Positions 36,703-48,500 of a DNA stretch of 64,000 nt are shown here, piece by piece. How positions within the stretch are numbered: position 1 is the first letter of the stretch; the number at the start of each line of letters is the position of its first letter. A program made the position numbers and the translations under genes. The notes under the pieces are model-generated. The model searched no databases. It saw nothing but the letters and a program-made list of their open reading frames with translations, and was not told the DNA's origin. Origin of the DNA: Mytilus edulis (lineage: Eukaryota); contig NC_092345.1 of the NCBI RefSeq assembly GCF_963676685.1, positions 4,836,001-4,900,000 of the forward strand, in the 5' to 3' direction.

Positions 36703-38440
36703 AAAACTATAAATATGCATCAAACCTAACCAGTATAGCAAACCTTGTCGCTACCCATTTTCATTTCAACCTCGCAGTCCATGAAATACTGGTTTATTTA
36801 TTAGTAGTAAGACCTTCATTGAAAAGTGTAAAAATTAGAATACGAGGCTATCGAAATAATTGTTTCAAGGTATTTTCATCAAACATTTTGTTTCAGTTTC
36901 TGAAATAAGTTGTCTTTTAACCATGTTTGGAATAACTTTGCAAAGTTACACTATCAGATAAAACACTAATATCCGCTGGGAAAATTTAAGAAAAACGTTT
37001 CATTACATGTTTATCGGGTGATGACAAAATCTTACATAGCTGAAGTAAGAGTATAAACCTGAGACTCAAACTAAATTGTATGTCTCAACAAAGTACGTTA
37101 GACAGTACTTTCTTTAAAAAAAATCACGATTTGCAAGTTGAATAAGACAAATTTAATAGTATTCCATTGAGTCTAAGAATATTGTAAAAAAAATATATAT
37201 AAATGGACTAGTTTGTGACGTTATCAAATATTTGATTTGTGTTTCTTTTCGGTTGGTTATTTTTAAATGTTTTGAGGAATGGATTGTACACAATTTTCAT
37301 ATGATGACAATATAATCTTTCAATTGAGGTCTTGAGCTGGGATGTCACTAGCTGATTGTAGTCCTGTTCTAATTTGATGTATCATAACACCGGACTCAAA
37401 CCTCCTGTAAACTGAGGTTTACAGTGCGTTTTGCTTTGTGTTTGTTTAATCTACATTGGTTAAGAGATAGTGATGGTTGAGATCAGTTAAAAGATGTATA
37501 ACCCCCGCCGTATATGTGCGCCTGTCTAACGTAATATTTTTGTTAGTCTTTTATGTTGGATTAAATTTGGTTCATTACTACATGTTTCAGAGGTCAGTGT
37601 GACGTCCCATGTCGCTGAACTACTAAATGTTTTTGTTTAAGGGCCAGCAGAAGCCCGCCTCCGGGTGTGGAATTTTGTTGCTTTGTTGAAAACCAATCGG
37701 TGGTTTTGGACTGTTTTCCACTCTTTAGCTGGGTGTTGTCTTTTTGACACATTCCCCGTTTTCATACTGAATTCAATGAATTTAATATGTGTATTTGAAC
37801 GACGATGCCTTTGTAAATTATTTCATACTTAAATAGAATAATTATAATAAGTCAGTTAGTTGTTAATATTTGCTCCTCAAATCTTTTGGATTTTGGTGAA
37901 GGTAAATTTGCAGTACGTTATTCGTTTCGACCGGTTCAAATTTAATGCGTCTAATTTCAGAGACTTCTATTAATATGTTAACAATTACATTTACAACGAA
38001 ACGTGATAAGGGGACGGCTACTATATATGTGCTGGGGTGGTGGCGTTTGGGAAAAAGGGGGAGGGGGGTATAAAAAAAAGAGTTTTTGTACCTAAAAGAA
38101 CTGAAAAAAAATACGTTTCAACAAAAAAATTGTTAATGTATATGATTTGTCAAACAAAATACATGTAATAAATAAAACGTGTACAAAATTGATAATATTT
38201 TTTTACACGGCAATAATGGATAAATCTGTTGTAGAGTTGTCACTTGCTCAGACGTACTTATAAATATGATTATTTTCTGTGACTGTATCTTACATTAACT
38301 TGTAGGATCCTTTACTATAGATAATTTAGCTGATCTGTAAAAATAACATCCCTATGCTTATATCATGTACTGCAGTACGACGCTAGATTAAAACTGACGT
38401 GGAAAGGTAACACCCGACCACCGAAAGCTTAATTTTTATG

Positions 38441-38605
38441 ACCCAGGTGGACGTGTGGTCTAGCGGGACGGCTGCAGTGCAAGCGATTTGGTGTCACGAT
38501 ATCTCTGTAGCATGGGTTCGAATCCCGGCGAATAACAACAAATTTGCGAAAGCAATTTACAGATCTTACATTGTTGGGTTGATGTTTAGACGAGTTGTAT
38601 ATACA
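38441..38605 (+). mobile_element. tRNA-derived SINE-like element
   Basis: A box TGGTCTAGCGG (38456-38466) and B box GGTTCGAATCC (38515-38525). No clean cloverleaf. Lies between ~46-bp direct repeats (38217-38262, 38648-38693). Confidence 0.65.
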
Positions 38606-40122
38606 TAATGTACACAGCCATGTATCACCATCACTGTTGTGATCCGATGGATAAATCTGTTGTAGAGTTGTCACTGGCTCAGACGTACTTATATATAAAA
38701 ACGCCTAAAAAGTGTACAAAACAACACCAATAACATAAAAAGGAACTATAAATGTAATTATTTATAAATATTTCGGATAACAGATATCCTTCATCGGTAT
38801 GTATGATTGTGATGTTGAATGAATCAATTATCAGACTACTTAGATTACGCTGTTACAATCTTGAAATTTATACAATAAAAAAGTCAAACCGAACATCAGG
38901 TGAGACGCTTGCACAATTCTAAAAATTTGTTAAACAAGACATAGGTTATATGACTTATTACATCAGAGAGTTCAAATATAATAATAATGTGCGATATGAA
39001 CTAGCACAATTCTAAAGCTTTAACGGTATCGACAATTATGATGTTACAAGAGAAATTGCGTCAATAAGAATTCCAAATAAACAGCACTGAACGGTCTAAA
39101 CTTGTAAATATTTCAGATTTGACAACGGTAGTGTAGTTACATTATAGTCTGCGATGTTTAAAACAAACGGCCGTTAAAATATAATAATAAATTTTGACTG
39201 AAGTAAACTAGTTGAACGTGGTTTGGTACTTATACATCTCTCAAAAAATTAAGCAATTTAAATTGCGAAACGTACAGATAAGGAAATAGATAACATGTGA
39301 CATATACATTTATGACATGACAAAAAGAAAGTCGGATAGTTCCGGAACTTATTAATTTGTCTAATTGCTTATTGATTGAAACTGTAATCGAGGGTGAAGT
39401 ATCTTGTAGCTTTGTTCAGTTATACGTTTGTTAGGTGGTCTTTAGATTAATTAGTATAACCATATATAATAAGTTGTTCAATGTCCAGTTGACAGACAAG
39501 ACATTCCAACTGAGATTATTCTGATTGTCCTTCCTCATCCCATAAAAAGAGAAAAGAAAAGACAATAACAACTCTTTTAAATAAAGCAGTAAACAAAAAT
39601 GTCAAATGATATTAGAATTGAATCGATATCATGTTTTGTTTTATAAACGTTATTTTAAAATTGTAGAACTAAATTAGAAAATTTAGAAAATTTAGAAAAT
39701 CGTGTGGTACTTTTCTACTTTAACGAAATTGCAGACCAAATTATTAACTTTATTTGTCTCCACATATAAAAATAGTAACTTTTCACTTTTTTATGCACCG
39801 ATCAGTAAATTAATAACCGAATTGTGCTAGTAGACATATGTTAGATATGTACTCTTACAATACTCAGATTTGAAATAAATAAAATCAAGCATAGAACAAA
39901 TCACTATATTAACGATCCTGTAGTTTCCCTAATGTCAAACTTAAGTTAGGAATGCTGATCGAATTGACATAAAATTAAATGGAATAAAAAAAAAAAAATA
40001 GAAATATGTAAATGACAGTGACTTGTAACTTGATGCTTAAAACTATATCAAGCATGATGTAAAAGTTTTTTACTGCTATAAAAAATAAGCTACATTTTTT
40101 TTATACGAAAGAACCACCGAAA

Positions 40123-40541
40123 TCACACTGAGTGAATAAGAAATCCTGAGAACATTGAATATGTGTTCCCACCTACAATAGTATTTGAACCATTAACATC
40201 TTCCGTCTGGCACCACACATCATCTCCTGTGCTCAGTTGCAGAACGACGGAAGCCGTTCGTCTAAGATACTGATGGGTATTTGAATCCACAAACGTAATG
40301 GCAACTGCTTCCTTTTTTTTCATTATGCGAACATGAAGGCTATGGCCGGTTGACTGAGGAGGGGCTGTAATTTCTACTGCAAAATGGTATACTCCTGGTA
40401 AGGGCGCAACAAATATTCCATGTCGTGAATTATAATTGTTCCCTAAGTTCAATATCGGATGATCAAAAACAATATGAACATTATTTCCTGGGTTAACAAT
40501 ACTATTTGTTAACTCTGCTACAAAAGCTATGATCGTCTTTT
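40123..40541 (-). CDS. C1qDC gene copy D, exon 2 (globular C1q domain)
   Basis: Acceptor tatctttcAG (40542-40543), 419 bp, phase 1, complete gC1q motifs, ends SMFSGFLIHSV*. Confidence 0.93.
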
Positions 40542-41199
40542 CTGAAAGATACATGACATTTGTTTAATTAAAAGGTTACCGTCACAAACCATTTTTTAGA
40601 ATCATTAAACGTTGTGTTGTATATTATAAACAAATCATGTAAAAGTGGTTATAGGACAGCTTAAAACTACATTGATGTTGTCTACATTATTGGTGTTTCT
40701 TTGAAAAAAAGTGCATTCAAACTCTTTTTCTTCACAATGAAAAGTCATGTTTTGTATTTCATTCGAAAGGAAACAAATCAAAGAAATTAATAGAATAGGT
40801 GATATTGTGTTTGAGAACCGTCGAAATATAAGTTTATCTTACCTTCTTTTCATTTCTAGGAATATGATTGGTTAAAAGCGTCCGCGTGTAGACCGTGTAT
40901 ATATTCAATATGAGATTAGCAGGGAGGAGGCGGGGCGTATTTCAATTCACGGCTAGTAGTGAATATACCACTTTGACACTGTTTGATTGTTTAAATGTAT
41001 TGAAAATTCTGTTTAATATTGTTATATCAAGGTTGTTGATATTAAATTGTTATTGTTGGCATTAGTTTTGTTGTGCAGAACAATGGAAGTAGGTTGAAAT
41101 TGAACACTTTAATATAAAAATAAAAAGATGCAGTATGATTGCAAATGAGACAACTCTAGTCTAAATTCAACACATAAAGATAGTCGGTAAGATAAATTC

Positions 41200-41330
41200 G
41201 TTACATAGTGTGCTAGTGACCTAATACGATATCTACGGGGGTTAGTAAATTCCATATGCTTCGCTCTCACCCCATACGGAATTTACTGACCCCGTTTACA
41301 TCGTAATAGGTCACTACCACACTGTGTAAC
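41200..41330. repeat. Long palindrome (MITE-like) in the C1qDC D intron
   Basis: TTACATAGTGTGCTAGTGACCTAATACGAT pairs with ATCGTAATAGGTCACTACCACACTGTGTAA; the inner arms also pair. Confidence 0.75.
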
Positions 41331-41912
41331 TAATAAAATTATTCAATTGTTTAAAAAAAAACCAGTTAAGTATCATGGAGTATGAATGAATTTAGTGTAC
41401 TGTTTTTGAAGAAAACTGATGAAAAGCAGTTAATATTGGAGTATTGTTCTTGTCTGGATTGATATTTGTTAAACGCTTTTCCTTGGATGACGATGCATAA
41501 TTGAAATGTAAAATTGAACATGACACCAAACCTGGAACACCAGATAGGACAAAATAAACTTACAAAATGTGCTCCACCCCACCACATTCTAAATGTGTCG
41601 GTCTCAAGTATCGAACCTGCCAAGTCTTTTAAATATTGTTTTTTTTTTTCGTTTATTGTTTTGTCATAAATCAGGCCGTTGACATGTTTTGTTTATTTTG
41701 TTGTTGAAATCATGGTATTCTTTAGCAAGCTAAACGGTATTGGTTTTGCTCATTGTTGCCTTTTTTTGCTATATGTCATTTTTAGATCAGGTTGATATTT
41801 GTGGTCTTTATCACTCATAACACATTCCTATTTTAAACCGATAATTTTCATAGTTTTTTCCATTCAGATGCAATAAATACGTAAACGTTTTTACAACCTT
41901 TAATCATCTTAC

Positions 41913-42072
41913 CTTTAGTCATGTCTGCCCGTAGTGCACTTACTTCTGATTTAAGTGCATTGAATTCACTCTTAGAAACATATATGCTTTCTGTATTATC
42001 CAGTAGAAGCGAAAATGCATAATTAAAGACGGTTACTGAATACATTAGCCAAAGAAAACTCATTCTGCACAT
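41913..42072 (-). CDS. C1qDC gene copy D, exon 1 (signal peptide-like N-terminus + short coiled coil); spliced product 192 aa
   Basis: 160 bp, donor G|GTAAG, phase matches exon 2. Confidence 0.9.
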
Positions 42073-44255
42073 TTCAAGCCCTGTTTCTGTTGAATATTTT
42101 GAATATTTTACTTTATATGTAGTTGTTTAAGCAAATAACGACGTAAATGTGATAACGAGGTCAAAGATAATCAAAATGCATCAACACAGGAATTACTTCC
42201 TTAGCCCTACGATAAAAAGGTTTTTTTTTGTCGATATTCAAATCATACTTAAATTTTAAAATATATTCATCAAAAACATTTGGAAAAACTTGAAAATGGA
42301 AACTGGGAATGTGTCAAACAGACAACAACCCATCAAATCAAGTCAGGAATATGACAGTTGTTATCTATTCGTTTGGTGTGTTTGAGCTTTTATATTTGCC
42401 ATTTGAATAGGGACTTTCTGTTTTGAATTTTCCTCGGAGTTCGGTGTTTTTGTTATTTTACTTTTTATGCAATGTACTTGTATTCATTACCTAGTATAGA
42501 ACGAATAATATTTATAGTCTTTCATTCATACTTGACAGCAATATTTGGAAACAACGCTATAAGAACTGGTAATCACTTCACATGTTTAGAGCAATGTTAA
42601 GATTTTATTTATAATTCGTCAACGACAATGCCACCCTTTGAGCCGAAAAAACTAACAGCACCAGAATTCAAGCCGGTTTTGAACGAGTTGTCTTAAAATA
42701 TGCTATCTCTGAAATATTAACGAACTCATAGATCTAAATATACTTGTCTTTTATCATTCCCAGACTAAAACTATTGCATCCAATGTCTTAAATAAAACGA
42801 TCTTTGGTTGCAAAATCCTAGGAAACTATAGGTCTGTCTATCTTATTTTACAAGTTTGTAAAACAAAGCCTACTGAAGGTGCTTGTTCGTCATCAAAACA
42901 CAAAAAAGTCCTTTTTGACTTTTTTATGAAAACTTAAACAAAACTTTGATAGTGTTATTATGTATTGACAATGAACTTTAAATCTGAAGACTGTCTAAAA
43001 ATTGACTGATACTCGTATATAAAAGTCCACATATGGCCATCCCTTGATATTTTCCCGTCCGACTGAAAAATATTGCATTTACTTCGAAATATATATGTAT
43101 ACCATGTTAGAAGTTTGAGCATTGTTTTTCATTAGTTTCGATCGTTGATATAATCGAACATTTGATTTTGTGGACCTACACTTTATTAATCAACAATATT
43201 TTAAATTTGGATATAACGCGTCTTCTAATTGGCAATGAGACAACTATCCATAAAAGACCAAATAACACAGAAATTAACAGCTATAGGTTAACGTACGGCC
43301 TTTCAAAATGATCAAAGCCCAAACAGCATAGTTAGCTATAAAGACCCCCAAAAAACAAGTGTGTCACAATTCAAACGAGAAAACTAAAGGCCAAACTAAT
43401 GTACAAAAATAAAAGAACGAAAAACAAATATGTAAAACTCTGTAAATGAATATCGATATTAAATACTTCATTCGTGTTTGTAAACATATTGCTGATTATC
43501 TATTTTGCTTTTTGAAGTTTAATAATTTCTGATGTCTATCAATTCAAATTTGAATATGTTTAAGATAAAGACAGGTATAACCGCATTAAGATATTTTGAT
43601 AATAGGTACAGTAACTTTGAACTATATATTACTAGAAATAATTTTAGTTTGTTTCACCTTTCGTCAAGGCTTTTACCCTACCTTCAACTTTACCTTACAA
43701 TAAGTAAACAAGCACCTACATGTGACATAACCTTTATATCAATGGTTATCAAAAACTAAACTTATTTACATCAATATAGATAAATAGGGCGAAATGAATG
43801 GTAAGTCGTCATATTTCAACTTTTTAACAAAATTTTCAGTTTTAAGAGTTCTATTTTAATTGTTATACCATGTAAATATTTGATGATGCAAATGCTGTTT
43901 GTGTGTTCCGTAAAATATTGTATTTTGTTCAGTAATTACAATATGCAAAATAATTGGGGGTGTACATCATTTATTCATTTGAACCGAAAATGACAACTTT
44001 TTAAGTAGAGATTTAACCCAAGAGCGTGTACAACTTTTTGGAATTATAGAATTACTGATCGATTGCAGCATTATATTCCGAAAACAGGTTTATATTTATT
44101 TCATAATGGATATGTACTTCTTCTTTTTGACCATTGTACAATATGGACAAAAACAAGTAATTGACGTATGGAAAAAATGTTAAAACTACAAAAAAGGTCA
44201 GCCAGAATAATTCTGAACAAAGTATATGACACCGTCAAAAACTTTATTCAAACAA

Positions 44256-44692
44256 GACCACAATTGTCGTCCCTTGATTTTCGTTGTTCACAAATATAGT
44301 CCCTAGTGTTGACAGTGGGTTACTTGCCATTAATTTTTATACCCCTTCTAAATTTATTTCTCCATGTTTAATGCCTCCAATTGTAAGTAGGTGGGTGAAA
44401 TTACACTGTAAAAAAATTTGGGTCCAGAATTTTAAAGGAAAGTAGTGATTTGGTCCAGGTGGAAAAGGTTGAAAAATAGCACTTCGGACGCTGTCAAAAG
44501 ATTTCAAGACGCCCTAAAGATTAAATTGTCCATATTTTGAGTTAGAGACGATGAAGTTTGCTATAATTTTGATATAATTTGTTCTAAAAGTAGTACAACA
44601 CACTGTAAAAGTTTCTTTGAGAAAGCGCAGGTGGGATTTTTTTATTTTCATTTATGTTCTAAAAGAAATGCACTACGAAATAATTGTGGTCT
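44256..44692. mobile_element. Probable MITE
   Basis: Short terminal inverted match AGACCACAATT / AATTGTGGTCT. No TSD established. Confidence 0.5.
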
Positions 44693-45358
44693 CGGACAGT
44701 ATGTATGCATGTAAATGTATATATTATATTAATGTTATATTTTGAATTGTGTAGAGGGCACCAGGGGAGATTATTAGTGTACTAGCTGATTTAAACCTCT
44801 TTGAATAAATTAAGCATTTATTATAATTATTATTATATAATTCAAAAACAGAAAAATATACAACGAGTGGCCGAACAACACATTAATTCACGAATGCGCG
44901 TAGCGCATGAGTTAATTATCAGAGTTGTTCGGTCACGAGTTTAATAATATTCTCAATTTGAATTCTTTGATTAATTATTCTTTTTATTACATTTGCAAAT
45001 GATTTTTTTATGAAATTAAAGTAGAACATGTAAGGAACTTTATCTTTGTGTACGCATTCACAATGTGTTTCGATCCGACGTTATCGACGTCTGGATTACG
45101 TTTACTGTTGTATGACGTTAGGAGTGAAATATTTAGATTTGTTTCAAATGTGAAATTATTTGTTATTATTTCACTGAGAAATCTATGTAAATCATTGCAA
45201 CCAATGTAATAAAAACCAGCATCACAAAGTTGATAGTCATTAGAAATTTCGTCAACCTCATAAATCATAATAAATCATTGCAACATGTTTACAAACATCA
45301 ATGAAGTATGTAATATCAATAAACATCATCATAGATACCTGGATTAAATTTTGTTCTT

Positions 45359-45402
45359 ACGTCAGACGCGCGTTTTGTCTACAAAAGACTCACCAGTGAC
45401 GA
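45359..45402 (-). ncRNA. Degenerate hammerhead ribozyme copy
   Basis: Same family; the core is mutated (CTGGTGA, and AAAA instead of GAAA). Confidence 0.55.
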
Positions 45403-45574
45403 TTGAATCCAAAAAAGTTAATAGGACATATAAACTACGAAGTTGAAGAGCATTGTGAGGACCAAAATTCCTAATGGTTTTGCTAAATACAAACAATATT
45501 CATTTATAAAGTGTGCATTTCAGCTTGGGACCAGCAGATGAAACTATATTGAATATGTCTAAAATGCAAAAGAA

Positions 45575-48500
45575 ATGGTAGACCTTTCCGGATGTGGTAA
45601 ATTGAACGAAACTAATACGTACTCATATGAATTCATGCATACCTTTTTGCAAATTTCAGTATTTTTTCAAATATCATGATCATGTCCTTTCACTTAAAAA
45701 CCTACATCACAGTGCGTGCTTGCGTCTTAAAAATCACAGTGAACTTGAAATGTAGGTTTCTATCAAAACTAGATGCTTTACCTATATCTCGACTTTTTCT
45801 CTCTCTCACTATTGACACATATAGGAGATTTCAAACTTAAATTTACGAGAAGTGCAATGCTTAAAATTTTAATTTTCCAATAGTCAACTTCCCTTTTCTC
45901 GTCAGTAACATATCGTCTACTCCATCGATGAGTGTATACATAACTCAACTTTAACATAACGCTTTAGGATGTTGATATCAAGCAGGCTTCATTAACTGGG
46001 ATGCGTTTCTGATATGCATTTGTCTTCGCTTACAATCGACATCTGTTCGAAGTCTTACATCATTATGATCATGTCCTATTACAGATTGACCTCCATAATT
46101 TCCATTGCTGTCGACAAACCATGTACCACTTCTCTTCAAATTCATGCGATGATCTCAGGTTTTCTTAGTTTTTATTCGCATCTTTTTGTTGAATTACGAA
46201 ATTTGAACATAGGTTAACTGATGTTTCCACTAAATTATAAAACAATACATCTATTATGTTTTTTGTAAAGATATGCACACACATTTTGAGCTTTATTGTA
46301 TGCATTCTTCTGTTCCGTTTGCTATTCATTGTTATGATTTTTTTCTAATAATTCCCCTTTCCATTCTCAATTTGAATCCCTAAGCTTAACAATAATTTGA
46401 TTTTCAAATCTTGACTTCTTTTACTATCTACTCATCATTTAGAGGCAGAGTTCTTGCTGTTAATATGTTTCCAGAAATAGGTATATGCATTATTGATATA
46501 TATCCCATAGATTACACTTCTTTCAATTAATTTATATACAAATTATAAATAATTAACCAAAAAGTCGAAACAGCACGTTTCACTGGCTCTTTTTCGAATT
46601 GTGCTTTTGTATTAAACATTATCCGATTAAAATTTCTTTAAATTATTTCAAATATTCAATTGTGTCTTCTTTCCTCTGTTTTTGTTATATACATTGTTTA
46701 TTTAACAACAAGAATACCTTGTTGTAAGTATAATAGAATTTGATGCGACTGTTATACAAGTAGGAGGTCTAGCGCTATAAAAACAGGTTCAATCCACCAT
46801 TGTCTACATTTGGAAATGCCTGTACCAAGTCAGGGTAATGACAATTGTTGTCCATTCGTTTGATGTGTTTTATCATTGGATTTTGCCATTTGATTAGGGA
46901 CGTTCCGTTTTGAATTTTCCTCGGAGTTCAGTATTTTTGTGATTTTACTTTGTACACTTATTTCATTCCTTTTATTATTTCAGAATACGAATATAATGCA
47001 TCGTTTGAGATTAATGATGAAATAAAGCAGAAGTTTGATGAATATGGATATATATTAGTCAGGTACTTATATATATTTTAAAATAAACAAACCAAAATGT
47101 TAGTTGGAATTGCCAATGTCGTGCTACCGAATATTGAAAAAAAAGAACATGAATGGTTAAATTCACCAATTGGGTTACTTCTTCGGTTATAACGTTTTTT
47201 GTCGTTGAGCATTATTTGCATTTTTACAGGTAAACTCTTTTCTTTCGCTTATCTAACACATCATAATTATTTATAAATAAGAAGTGTGGTATGAGTGCCA
47301 ATAAGACATATCTTTTCCGAATTCACAATATGTTAAAAGTTAACAATAAAATGTCAAAGTACGGCATTTAACACAGAGTCTTGGCTCACACCGAATATCA
47401 AGCTCTAAAGGACCCCAAAATGACAAGTGTAAAACAAGAAAAACAACGGTTTATCATATATACAAACGAAAAAATGAGAACTACTGATGTACCATATCAA
47501 CTATTGACAACCATGCACTGCACTGACTTATGACAGGTGCAAACAAATGCAACACATACATGATTTTATATATTTCAAGTTTATAACTAAAATGCAACAA
47601 AAATATAATCAATCGTTGTATTTTGCAGGAAATTATTTGAGCCTGAAGTGATAAGTAGAGTAAAGGAAATGATACAGAGCAATGATCAGATGCTTAAGTA
47701 TAAGTGTGACGTACGTTAACCCAAAATCTGATCAATTTGAAAAAAATACACTGTTTATTTTGTGTACTGTCTACATTATTATTGCAAATACTTTGAAATA
47801 TTTAGAGTAAACTAGAACACACCCTTGATATAGCGGGTCCGTGACTGAATTTCCCCCTTATTGTTTGACATTACAATCGAAATTGATCTAGCAACACAAA
47901 ACACGCTCATAAATGTAATTGATAAACCACTTTATAGTTATGTTCTTCATCTGATAAGTTCTTCAATTATATTCGCCTTTATGGCATGATTTACCAGATA
48001 GAGAACACCTTTATACATGCACTATAAAAGATTCTAAACCTCAATTGACAATTTTTTCACACATATTCATGATCAAATAATTGGTTCTTATAACTAGAAT
48101 CTGAATTTAACATACCAAAATATGGACTTACTCATTTCTGCTAATAACATTGTTAATCAGCAACTTATCCAAAACGGATTGGTAGACTTCCCCAAATATT
48201 GCGGATATTCCTCTGCAGGGTATGACGTTGTGTTATTCTATTTATGATCTCAACTTTTTGGGTGGTTTCTTATACCTAAATATGGCATATACTATATTTT
48301 ATAAAAGTCTGTTAATCAGCAACCAATTACAAAACAGATTAACAGTATTCCAATAAACTAATTCTTACACTATTTGAATACATTTCCCAGCTAAATAAAC
48401 TCATCATAGATACCAGGATTAAATTTTAGTTTTTACGCCAGACACGCGTTTCGTCTACAAAAGACTCATCAGTGACGCTCGAATCCAAAAATGTTGAGGA

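Noticed and set aside
38441-38530. Functional tRNA gene
   Set aside because: A and B boxes are present, but no consistent acceptor or anticodon stems; a SINE-like head fits better.
38765-38800. Additional minus-strand hammerhead (CCGATGA-AGGATA..TATCC-GAAA)
   Set aside because: Core U4 is altered and no convincing stem I; at most a dead Penelope-type remnant.
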